Below, piece after piece: positions 38,368 through 47,012 of a stretch of DNA of 64,000 nucleotides. A program made the position numbers and the translations under genes. This DNA comes from Planctomycetota bacterium (lineage in GTDB: Bacteria > Planctomycetota > UBA8108 > SXIK01), in the NCBI GenBank assembly GCA_965223265.1, contig OZ244999.1:8352001-8416000 (forward strand), written 5' to 3'. Positions within the stretch are counted from its first letter, which is position 1; each line of letters starts with the position of its first letter. The notes beneath the pieces were generated by a model. That model had not been told where the DNA came from, did no database searches, and saw only the letters and a list, made by a program, of their open reading frames with translations.

Positions 38368-40035
38368 TCAGGAGTGCGGGCCGTAAGATTTCAGCGTCCG
38401 ATACTCGCCACCGGAGCGTTCTGCGAGCAGTCGGAGCAGCTCCGAGGCGCGGCCGACTGAGATCGTATGGATGCGCGCTGGCAGGATCCGTCGATTGTTT
38501 GCTGCCTCGACGGCGCCCAGAAACCTTCTCGTCCGCGGTGAATCGAGCCCGTGATCGCGTCGACCTCCATTCAGGCCGTCGGTGAGCAGAAAGAGATTGA
38601 GCGAACTCGATCGTTCATCCCACGGCGAGGGGCCTCCGGAGTCAATCAATCCGTGCGGCTGTTCGATGTCGGTGTGACGCAGTACGTAGATCAAGGGTTC
38701 GAGGATGTGTGTGCCCGCGCGATTTTGCAGGCTCCCGACAAATTCGAGAGCAGCCCGACGCTCCTCCCCCGCGAGTCGGGTGGGTTGAGATCGCCATTGG
38801 CCAAACGAAGCGTTGAACCAGAGCACGTTGGCACGCAGCGAATCCGGCGCACCTCTCAAGAGGCGAGATAGTTCAGCTTTCGCGACATCGACACGCCTTT
38901 TAACACCCTCTCTCACTCGCGGCGGCGGTCGAAGCGGGCTCTTGCGCTTGGGCGCTTCAGCGTCCTCCCGTTGGCGCCGAAAATACGGCATTGTGCGAAG
39001 CATCGAATTGGAAACGTCGATCAGAAAGATCGCCCGATCGGAGAGCAGCTCGATGCCAAAGTATTGGCCGTAAGACTTCGGGGGCGCTTCAGAAACCTCC
39101 GGCCGAACTCGCGTCCGGCCGTGTCGCTTGGTGTTTTCATCCGCCGTCGCCGGTAGATCGCTCTGAAAACGGAACTCCGCTTTCGCCTGCTTCCACCACC
39201 TCTGCCATAGCTCGCCCCGTTCGCCGAAATCCTTCCCGGTGTGGAGATGGAGGAGTCGCCGCGCATCGATGAGCTGTCGAACGTGGTAGCGCTCGCGAAG
39301 AAAGTCTATGAGGGCGTCGATCGCTTCGATGCGCCTCGTTGACGCGAGAAGGCGAGAGGCTTCACGGCGGATGTCTTGTTTCCAGTGGCCGAGTGCCGAA
39401 ACCATCGTGCCCACCGCTTCCTCTCTTCGGCTGCGCCCGAGAGCCCGCAACGCGACAAAACGAAGTACGGGGTCGTCGGCGGCGAACGTGCGCTTCGCGA
39501 GGGCCATGGCTTCGGGTGTGCTGTCACCCACGAGCTGCTCCAGACGACGGCGGTCGAATTTCTCGCGAACTTTTGTCGTCGGCGTACGGAGGTAGCGCTC
39601 GATCGATTGGGCAGAAGCTTCGGAACCTAGGAGCGCGAGCGCTTCGAGACTCATCGCCTGGACGCGACTGGAGGCGTGTTGGAGGAGCGCTTCGAGGTGA
39701 GGTCGTGCCGCTTCGATCTTCAGGATTCCGATCGTCTCGATCAGCGGCGCAAGACGCGACGGGTCATGTGCCAGCTCTCTCAACGCCTCGTCCTCCAGCC
39801 ACTGGCGAAGTCGGAGTTTGCCGACATGGCTCTCAAGGGCATGAATCAACCGTTCGCCGAAGGGCGCACGCAGGTCATCGACGGCGCGGGCCGCCGGAAC
39901 GAACGCCATGACCAAATCCCTGAGGTTCGTGACTGTCGTCGCTTCCGCGCTGGGGGCGTCTGAAGACGCCTGGGCGCGGACAGTGCTATTCAAATGCGGC
40001 AGCAACGCCGCGAGCCAGATCAAGATCACTTTCAT
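38368..40035 (-). CDS. Secreted HEAT-repeat + vWA domain protein
   Basis: Signal peptide; HEAT-like helices; L...TGKDFG....WQRWW; YFGI...SDRAIFLIDVSNSM (MIDAS); FLLTDG; IHTISVG. Confidence 0.75.
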   Translation of the reverse strand: MKVILIWLAALLPHLNSTVRAQASSDAPSAEATTVTNLRDLVMAFVPAARAVDDLRAPFGERLIHALESHVGKLRLRQWLEDEALRELAHDPSRLAPLIETIGILKIEAARPHLEALLQHASSRVQAMSLEALALLGSEASAQSIERYLRTPTTKVREKFDRRRLEQLVGDSTPEAMALAKRTFAADDPVLRFVALRALGRSRREEAVGTMVSALGHWKQDIRREASRLLASTRRIEAIDALIDFLRERYHVRQLIDARRLLHLHTGKDFGERGELWQRWWKQAKAEFRFQSDLPATADENTKRHGRTRVRPEVSEAPPKSYGQYFGIELLSDRAIFLIDVSNSMLRTMPYFRRQREDAEAPKRKSPLRPPPRVREGVKRRVDVAKAELSRLLRGAPDSLRANVLWFNASFGQWRSQPTRLAGEERRAALEFVGSLQNRAGTHILEPLIYVLRHTDIEQPHGLIDSGGPSPWDERSSSLNLFLLTDGLNGGRRDHGLDSPRTRRFLGAVEAANNRRILPARIHTISVGRASELLRLLAERSGGEYRTLKSYGPHS

Positions 40036-40253
40036 GGATGAGTCCTCACTCGTGGAAATGCACGAGGCACGAACTCTTCTCTCTCAGTAACAACCATACC
40101 GACTGTTTGGGAGCCGCCACAGCTCGAACTGGTCCGTAGCGCCAGCCAGATTAGTACGAATCAAGCTTCCGGGTCTCTCCCGCGAGAGCCTTCGCGCCGT
40201 TTCCCCAAAGGCGGAACCGCCGCTTTGACAATCGCCGCGGTGCGGCAGAGCCT

Positions 40254-41201
40254 CTACTCCGCGCCACGCCCCGTGTCGGAGCCGAGGCCGAGCAGTCGCC
40301 GGTAAACGGCGTCGATGAGTTCCTCTGGCGTCGACGTTCCCGCGGTCAAGCCGACCGCTGAGAAGGCCTCGAACCATCGCGGATCGACGTCCGCCGCGGT
40401 CTGGACGTGGAATGCCGGCCGGCCAAGCCTCCGCACCTTACGGACCAGCTCCCGCGTGTTGTTCGAGTGTTTACCGCCGACGACGATAACGGCCTCAACT
40501 TCGCCGACGAGAGCGTCGATCGCCTCCTGGCGGTCGCGCGTCGGCGTGCAGATCGTGTCGATGAATCGCAGTTTCGCGCGCGGGTTGAGTTCACGAATGC
40601 GCCGCTCGAGTCGCGCGGCGGCGGCTGGCGACGTTGTCGACTGACACACGACCCCGATCCTCTCCCGGTTCCAACAAACGACGTCGTCGAGGCTTGAGAC
40701 GACGTCGTAACACTCCAAATCGTCGACGATGCCGATCACTTCTGCGTGCCCCGGTTTGCCCAGAATTACGACGAAGTACTCCTCACTTTGTAGCTGCATC
40801 GCGGCGCGATGGACCGCACGAACGAGCGGGCACGTCGTATCGATCAATGTGCGTCCCGTCGATCGCAGTCGTGTCTCCTCCTTGCGACTGATGCCGTGCG
40901 CAGTGACGAGAACCTCCTGTCGACAATCGTCGGGACTCCGGCGCGTTTCGGGGAGCGAGTGGAATCCACGCCGACCGAGTTCTTGGACCAATTCTTCGTT
41001 GTGAACGAGCTCGCCGTAGATGCTCACATCTTCTGGCCGGGTGACTTCGCGCGCGGCGGAAATCGCGTCGCGGACCCCAAAACACATTCCCAGGGCGCTG
41101 GCCTTAACGACTCGCCACGGTTTACGGCGTCGAGCTGAACCGTCGACCGCCGGTGCACTGGACGCAACTTTGGGGGCGGGAGGTCGTAGAGGGTTTTCCA
41201 T
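40254..41201 (-). CDS. ispH: 4-hydroxy-3-methylbut-2-enyl diphosphate reductase
   Basis: GMCFGV, LVHN, TAHG, DTTCPLV..VH, HAEV, DTIC..T..RQ, GG..SNNT and TAGTSTP. Confidence 0.93.
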   Translation of the reverse strand: MENPLRPPAPKVASSAPAVDGSARRRKPWRVVKASALGMCFGVRDAISAAREVTRPEDVSIYGELVHNEELVQELGRRGFHSLPETRRSPDDCRQEVLVTAHGISRKEETRLRSTGRTLIDTTCPLVRAVHRAAMQLQSEEYFVVILGKPGHAEVIGIVDDLECYDVVSSLDDVVCWNRERIGVVCQSTTSPAAAARLERRIRELNPRAKLRFIDTICTPTRDRQEAIDALVGEVEAVIVVGGKHSNNTRELVRKVRRLGRPAFHVQTAADVDPRWFEAFSAVGLTAGTSTPEELIDAVYRRLLGLGSDTGRGAE

Positions 41202-41243
41202 AACGATGACGCGTGGTCGTTTGGTCCGGGTTTCGATGAGGGG

Positions 41244-41651
41244 TCAGGAATTGAGCGCCCAGCCAGGAGGAAGGGACCTCCGAGCTGTCGACTTGCCCCT
41301 CCAGGCTTTGCGCGCTGCCATCGCGTCGCGCAGGACCGTCTCCAGGGCGTTGACGTATTCGAGGAACCGTTCGCGGCCCGTCGGAGTTAACCGACACAGA
41401 GTTTGCGGGCGCCCACTACCAGACTCCCGCTTCCAGATTTCGAGGAGGTCGGCTTCCTGCAAAACCTGGAGATGTCGACTGAGGTTGCCGTCGGTTAGAG
41501 AGCAGAGCTCTTTGAGATCGCTGAAAAGAAGACCCTCAGGATGCGATACGAGCGACGTCATGATTCCGAGTCGTGCTTTTTCGTGGAGCACTCGGTCAAG
41601 TCCGGTGTACGCGAAGCGTCCCGAAGGCAGGGGGCGTTTGCGGTCAGCCAT
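41244..41651 (-). CDS. Winged-helix transcriptional regulator (HTH_34/ArsR-MarR-like)
   Basis: GLDRVLHEKARLGIMTSL...FSDLKELCSLTDGNLSRHLQVL...GRPQT...LTPTGRERF..Y...LE. Confidence 0.9.
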   Translation of the reverse strand: MADRKRPLPSGRFAYTGLDRVLHEKARLGIMTSLVSHPEGLLFSDLKELCSLTDGNLSRHLQVLQEADLLEIWKRESGSGRPQTLCRLTPTGRERFLEYVNALETVLRDAMAARKAWRGKSTARRSLPPGWALNS

Positions 41652-42243
41652 TGTGCCTCTCGATTTTCCAATAGAGAACAGTGGCCGCGGCGAGCTGTCC
41701 CACGCCAAACGTCACGCCCATGGTCCAGGGCGCGAGACTTTGTCCACTTGGGGCTAACGCCAGAAGTGCAACGGATGAAATCAGGTAGAAGAGAGCGACC
41801 CACCCGGTCGCCCGCGGAAGATATGGGCGGGAGGCAAACACACCCAATGCAAAGATTGCTGACCAGATTCCCGGCAGTACCGGGATGCATTCGACGGCCG
41901 CGCGACCGACGCCGATGGTGACGAGGGTGCCGGCAGCGATGCACGGCAGAAACTGCCCGAGAACTCTGCGGGCCTGGCGCCGCATGTGCGGCGAGCCCTC
42001 GAAATATCGCGTCACGATTCCGATCGCTGCGATCGCAAGGCTGACGCTCGCGACAACGGCCCAGAACACCACGTATTCGAGCGGTGTCGACGGGTCGACG
42101 AAGAGCGGTTGAGTTCCGGCGCCCGCGAGCGCCACCGCGCCGGTCAGCGCAACGGGTATGGACCGATAACCGCGATAGACTTCACCCCGATCGAGGTGCT
42201 CGTGGATCTCTTCGATGCGGTTGATCGCTTCGCGGACGTGCAT
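41644..42243 (-). CDS. Conserved multi-pass membrane protein
   Basis: About 6 hydrophobic segments; EA...I.EI..HL.R...YRGY N-terminus; overlaps the regulator start. Confidence 0.75.
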   Translation of the reverse strand: MHVREAINRIEEIHEHLDRGEVYRGYRSIPVALTGAVALAGAGTQPLFVDPSTPLEYVVFWAVVASVSLAIAAIGIVTRYFEGSPHMRRQARRVLGQFLPCIAAGTLVTIGVGRAAVECIPVLPGIWSAIFALGVFASRPYLPRATGWVALFYLISSVALLALAPSGQSLAPWTMGVTFGVGQLAAATVLYWKIERHNG

Positions 42244-42386
42244 GGATTGCCTGAGGCCTCGATTCAGTGCGCCGCAACCTGGTTGGGAGCGCTATAGTTG
42301 CCATCAGTTGAAGCTGAAAAAGTCGTTCGATCGACCTGGACACGACAAACGCCGGTGTCGACGCCCAACGTGTTCAGTCGGCTATT

Positions 42387-42414
42387 ACTTTACATTGCAA
42401 AGTTAAGCTGTCAA
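42387..42414 (-). promoter_or_regulatory. Sigma70-like promoter with an overlapping palindromic operator
   Basis: Minus strand reads TTGACA-16 nt-TAAAGT; the dyad ACTTTGCA-A-TGTAAAGT (42387-42403) covers the -10; AT-rich island in GC-rich DNA. Confidence 0.7.
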
Positions 42415-42459
42415 GCATATCTCCAGCGGACTCCCGCAAAGATCGATGCGCACCGCACG

Positions 42460-43362
42460 TCAGTCGATCTCGTCGCGCCTCAGATGTGTCGACTCGAGTA
42501 ACATCGTCGCTTTCATGTCCTCTGCGTCGCGCCGCTGGAGAGCGTGGACCAACCGCTCCGCGAGACCGGAACGGACCGAGGAGGCGGCGGCGACGACGAG
42601 GACTTCACGTCCCGAGCGTTTGACAAGCGACTCGACGATACCGATGCCCACGTCGAGAATACGGGCTCTGTGTGCGGGAACGGAACGCGGCGCGCCGTTG
42701 GAGGCAATTTGCTCGCGAAGATTCTGAAGGTCACCCAGCGAGACGTGCGGCGCGCCGACGAGCGAGGCTAACGTTTGGCAGATGCCTCCGGTACCGACGA
42801 CGTCGGCGTCCGGTAATACGCCGGCGGCGTCGAAGTCCGCTAGGGCGTGCGCGGCAGACTGAGGATCAGCGTAGAGGGATCGAATGCACCCGAGTTTGAG
42901 GCTGCCGAATCGCCGCGCGACCCCGCCGTCAAACCAGGCCCACTCGGTCGTGGCACCGCCGACGTCACAGAGGAGTACCGAGGGCGCGCCAGGGCGAAAG
43001 CCCTTCGCCATCAATCGCGCTTCGTCGACGCCGCTCATAACACGGATGCGGACACCGACTTCGTCTCGAACTCGTTTCTCCAGTTCGTGCGTTCTGGTGA
43101 ACTCTCGGAAGACCCCCGTTGCGAAACACAGAGACTTGCCCAGCGGCACCGGCGATGAATACGCGTCTGCCTCTCTCAACGTGTCGACGATATGCTGGAC
43201 GGTTGAATCCACTAGTTCGCCGTGGCGATAGAAGTCGTGTGCGACTTCCCACGGAATCTTCCGGGTCTGAATCGAACTCTCGCTTCCGGTCGAGAGTGAG
43301 ACGACGTAATGCTTCAGCGAGTTTGAACCGAGCTCTAGAAGCGTGAAAGATTGTTCGCTCAT
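42460..43362 (-). CDS. Ppx/GppA family phosphatase-like protein
   Basis: LELGSNSLK; FATGVFRE; VMSGVDEARL; DVGGATTE; SLKLGC; VGTGG; SVRSGL. Confidence 0.8.
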   Translation of the reverse strand: MSEQSFTLLELGSNSLKHYVVSLSTGSESSIQTRKIPWEVAHDFYRHGELVDSTVQHIVDTLREADAYSSPVPLGKSLCFATGVFREFTRTHELEKRVRDEVGVRIRVMSGVDEARLMAKGFRPGAPSVLLCDVGGATTEWAWFDGGVARRFGSLKLGCIRSLYADPQSAAHALADFDAAGVLPDADVVGTGGICQTLASLVGAPHVSLGDLQNLREQIASNGAPRSVPAHRARILDVGIGIVESLVKRSGREVLVVAAASSVRSGLAERLVHALQRRDAEDMKATMLLESTHLRRDEID

Positions 43363-43399
43363 GCCCTACTCTTCGCTCGCGCCTGCGAGCTGCGGTTAT

Positions 43400-43557
43400 C
43401 AGCCTGTTGAAAAAGTGCTTCGAGCCGAAAACTGGTCTCTTCGCGTCCAGATCGGCTGCGGCAAACGGAGGCAATCTTCGGGATTTTCGAGTATTGACGC
43501 GGTCGAGCTGGGCGTGAAGAGACCAGTTTTCGGCCGAATGACTTTTTCAACGGGCTG
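43400..43557. mobile_element. 158-bp palindromic MITE with IS1182-like ends
   Basis: CAGCCTGTTGAAAAA...TTTTTCAACGGGCTG identical to the IS ends; TTAT duplicated (43396-43399, 43558-43561); internal arms GCCGAAAACTGGTCTCTTC / GAAGAGACCAGTTTTCGGC. Confidence 0.88.
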
Positions 43558-44844
43558 TTATGCCACAACTTTGAACGAAACTTTTTGGATCGAGTTGCGC
43601 CCCGATTTCGCGAACGGCCGCGGCATTGGTTGCGCGACACCGTTAGCGTCAATCGTGCGACATCGAAGCACATAATCGCCGACGGGGATGTCCTTCAACA
43701 GTGCTGCCCAGTGTGCTTTGGCGTAGCGCATGGGCCACTTCTTCGGTCGACTTGTGGCGGCTTCAAAGCCGAGTGGTGCCGGCCGAATCTCGGTGCCGAT
43801 GCCGCTCCCCCAATCCTTTGGGGGCGGAAGGATCGTCGCGTCCCGCCACGGTGCCTGGGTGAAGTGCGGGTCGTCGGCCGGTGGCTCGCGCCCCGCCGGT
43901 TCCCACCAGTACTGAACTTTTGCCAGACCCGACACGCCAACCTGCGCCAAACCGGTGATGGCGATCGGCTCTCCGACCAAGGCGGCCTTGGGACAGAACA
44001 CGCAGCGTGCGAAGGTCTTCATCTTTGTATCGACGTCATTGTTGCCGCGCTCGTACGTGTCGTTGGCGTTGAATTGATTGGTGAGTACGACGCGCTGCAA
44101 CCATTTGATTGACTTGAAACCATACGCATCTGGTACGAGCATGCGTACTGGACCGCCGCGCTTGCCGGAGATCCAGTCGCCGTTGAGCTTGTAGCACAGG
44201 ATGACGGGATACTCCCCCGGTGGATCCTCGAGTACGCGACCAATCGGCAAGGAGCTGCGAAACATCTGCTGCGGATCGTCGTTGTGGTATCCGTAGTAGA
44301 AAACGCGGCGAATGTTCTCCACTGGCCTCGCCATCCACAAGACGTCGCGCAGCGGAACACCTTCCCAAAGTCCCATGCCGAGCGGCTGGCCCATGTTCAA
44401 GCAGGTCATGATCTTTAGGTACTTGACGGCACGGGTCTTGGCGATCTCCATCAACGCATCGAAGGTGAGTGCGGTTCCAAGCTCCTTTGCGAGCGGGCGA
44501 TCGACTCGAGCCTTCGTCTCTGGATCCGCCACCACTTCGAGTTGCCACGACTGGCGCTCGAGTCCGACCGCGAGCCGCTGCTCTGGCGGCAACTTGTAAG
44601 GCAGAGGGTTGCCGCGTTCGACCGTGCCGAAATCCTCTGGACGCGTCAGATATTCAAGCTTCGCGATCGCGTCGTCCAGCTCTGACGAAAACGTCGAACC
44701 TCCCCGGCTCGCTTCCTGCGCGGCGGCACGGAGAAACGGCACGCTGGCGACGAGAGCCCCCGCGGCGCCAAGGCCGACAAAATATCGGCGCGTGACCTCG
44801 AGATGTTCTTGGGCGAAACGTGTTTCACTCTGGGGGCGCGTCAT
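43558..44844 (-). CDS. Tat-exported molybdopterin oxidoreductase (sulfite oxidase/MsrP-like family)
   Basis: TRRYF Tat motif; IMTCLN (Mo-ligating Cys); WEGVPLRDVL; GGPVRMLVP..YGFKSIKWL; C-terminal Ig-like domain. Confidence 0.85.
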   Translation of the reverse strand: MTRPQSETRFAQEHLEVTRRYFVGLGAAGALVASVPFLRAAAQEASRGGSTFSSELDDAIAKLEYLTRPEDFGTVERGNPLPYKLPPEQRLAVGLERQSWQLEVVADPETKARVDRPLAKELGTALTFDALMEIAKTRAVKYLKIMTCLNMGQPLGMGLWEGVPLRDVLWMARPVENIRRVFYYGYHNDDPQQMFRSSLPIGRVLEDPPGEYPVILCYKLNGDWISGKRGGPVRMLVPDAYGFKSIKWLQRVVLTNQFNANDTYERGNNDVDTKMKTFARCVFCPKAALVGEPIAITGLAQVGVSGLAKVQYWWEPAGREPPADDPHFTQAPWRDATILPPPKDWGSGIGTEIRPAPLGFEAATSRPKKWPMRYAKAHWAALLKDIPVGDYVLRCRTIDANGVAQPMPRPFAKSGRNSIQKVSFKVVA

Positions 44845-45182
44845 GCTCTATCCCAATCGTCTTTCCTTCGGCGGATCGATCGTCATGGCTTTACCATGAA
44901 GTATCGGGCGATGAAGATGGAAGTATCCGGCGATCCGAATTTCCGCAGTTCCGCTCCAAATCTTTTAACACGGTGACGCCCTCAACCCCAAGAGTTCGTC
45001 GGCTGACCCGGACCAGCCGGGCACGGGGTCGAGCGAAGAAAGGTACGCGTGCTGCGCTTGCAAATCGTGTCACGCTCCGACATAACAGCAGCGACGAGTG
45101 CATCTCGCGCGACCGATCGTGGTGGCAGACCGCGGGTGGTAGCGCGTTGGACGGGTTCGCGTGTGAGCGAGGGCGATGGCGC

Positions 45183-46871
45183 TTGACTTCTCAACCTGAC
45201 GGACACCTATCAGATCAGGATTTGATCTCGCGGTGGCGCCACCAAAGCGCACCGCTGCTGCCCCTTCTCCATGCGTTTCATGAGCGCGATGGATTCGTTT
45301 CAGAAGCTGCGATGACATCGATCGCCAAGGGTCTTCGCATTCCGCTCGCCGATTTGTACGGCACGGTGACGTTCTACCATCACTTCGCCAGAGAGCCAGG
45401 TGGTCGGGACGCGCCGCGAGTTTGCACAGGACCGGTTTGCGCACTCCGCGGTGGACCAGAGCTTGTGGACCAGCTGCGCTCGGAAGGTGCTCAGACGATG
45501 GCCTGTGCTGGACGCTGCGACGAGCCAGTGCCGGTGATTCGCGGCGATGATGTCTGGGTCGGCTCGGCGGCTGATCGTCTGCAGCGACGCACGTCGCCAT
45601 TGCCACCGCCGAGCCCGGGGTACCCGGGGTTCGAGGAGTGTGTCTTTGCTCACTTGCGACGATCCGATCGAGCCACGATCGCAGGCTACTCCCAAACCGG
45701 CGGTTATGAAGGGCTCGCACGCGCGGTCAAGGATCTGCGACCTGAAGATGTGATTGCAGAGCTCAAGGGCAGCCAACTCGCAGGCCGTGGTGGGGCCGGC
45801 TTTCCCACCGGCGCCAAGTGGCAGGCAGTGGCTGCCGCTTCGCGTTCGCCGAAGACGATCGTTTGCAACGCCGACGAGGGCGAGCCCGGCTGCTTCAAGG
45901 ACCGCGCGATCATGGACCACGACCCTCATGCAGTGATCGAAGGGATGTTGCTCGCGGCTTACGCCACTGGAGCGGCGCGCGGGTTCATCTACCTGCGCTA
46001 CGAGTACCCGGAGACCCGTCGCATTCTCGAGCGAGCCATCGGCGAGGCTGAGCAGGCAGGATGGCTGGGGCCGCAAGGGCTCGGTGGGCAGACTTTCGAA
46101 CTCTGCGTGCGACGTGGCGGCGGTGCGTACATCTGTGGCGAGGAAGGGTCGCTTCTCAACAGCCTCGAGGGGCGGCATCCGTTTCCGCGCAATCGACCGC
46201 CGTATCCCGTGACGCATGGCTACGAGGATTTGCCGACCGTCGTCAACAATGTTGAGACGCTCGCCGCGTCAGCGCAGATCGTCCGCCGCGGCGCCGATTG
46301 GTACCGCAGCCTTGGCGTGGGCGAGCATGCTGGGACGAAGGTCATTAGTCTTTCGGGGGACGTGGAGCGTCCTGGAAACTATGAGGTTCCGATCGGATTG
46401 CCGCTCAAGACGCTGATCCATGATTGGGCCGGGGGTGTGCCGCGCGGCCGGCGCGTGCAGGCCGTGACGATGGCAGGCTTGTCGGGCGGCTTCCTCGCGG
46501 CGGCCGATCTGGATGTCACGCTCGACGAGCCGAGCGTCCGCTCCAAGGGCTCCTTTCTCGGCGCCGGCGGCATCATCGTCTACGACGACACACGTGATAT
46601 GGTGGCTGCCGCGCGCGCAGCGATGCAGTTTTTCGCTGCGGAGTCTTGTGGCAAGTGTTTCCCATGTCGCATCGGGACGCAGCGGCTGACCGAGAGGCTA
46701 GCAGGTACCGCCGGGCCGTCCCAGGTGTCCGCGTGGACAGAAGAGGTCCGCGACATCGGCGCGACCATGAAGGCTACGAGTGCATGCGGCCTCGGAACAG
46801 CGGCGCCACTCATCACTGAAAGCTTGCTACGCTACTTTCCTGAACAGCTTGCGAGGCATTTGCAGCCGTGA
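45183..46871 (+). CDS. NADH-binding diaphorase subunit of formate dehydrogenase (fused NuoE/NuoF-like)
   Basis: LLPLLHAFHERDG...YGTVTFYHHF...VCTGPVC...CAGRC (NuoE-like); GRGGAGFPTG.KW, CNADEGEPG, YICGEE and ESCGKC.PCR.G (NuoF-like); start estimated at TTG 45183. Confidence 0.88.
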   Translation: MTSQPDGHLSDQDLISRWRHQSAPLLPLLHAFHERDGFVSEAAMTSIAKGLRIPLADLYGTVTFYHHFAREPGGRDAPRVCTGPVCALRGGPELVDQLRSEGAQTMACAGRCDEPVPVIRGDDVWVGSAADRLQRRTSPLPPPSPGYPGFEECVFAHLRRSDRATIAGYSQTGGYEGLARAVKDLRPEDVIAELKGSQLAGRGGAGFPTGAKWQAVAAASRSPKTIVCNADEGEPGCFKDRAIMDHDPHAVIEGMLLAAYATGAARGFIYLRYEYPETRRILERAIGEAEQAGWLGPQGLGGQTFELCVRRGGGAYICGEEGSLLNSLEGRHPFPRNRPPYPVTHGYEDLPTVVNNVETLAASAQIVRRGADWYRSLGVGEHAGTKVISLSGDVERPGNYEVPIGLPLKTLIHDWAGGVPRGRRVQAVTMAGLSGGFLAAADLDVTLDEPSVRSKGSFLGAGGIIVYDDTRDMVAAARAAMQFFAAESCGKCFPCRIGTQRLTERLAGTAGPSQVSAWTEEVRDIGATMKATSACGLGTAAPLITESLLRYFPEQLARHLQP

Positions 46872-47012
46872 GAAGATGGAGCGCTGCCGCTCGTGGACGG
46901 CATGAGCGCGCTCACCGACCTGCGTCTTTTCCGCACGTTTCGGTGCCCGCTGTGTCAAAATCCCACTGAGTTTCGATCTACGCTTTGAAAAAACGTCGAC
47001 AAGACGACAAAC

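Noticed and set aside
44820-45182. N-terminal extensions in the ORF track (also 22635-22976, 24314-24538, 31044-31244, 51462-52055, 5335-5460)
   Set aside because: They overlap neighbouring genes or lack homology-like content; downstream starts fit the families better, most with a visible RBS.
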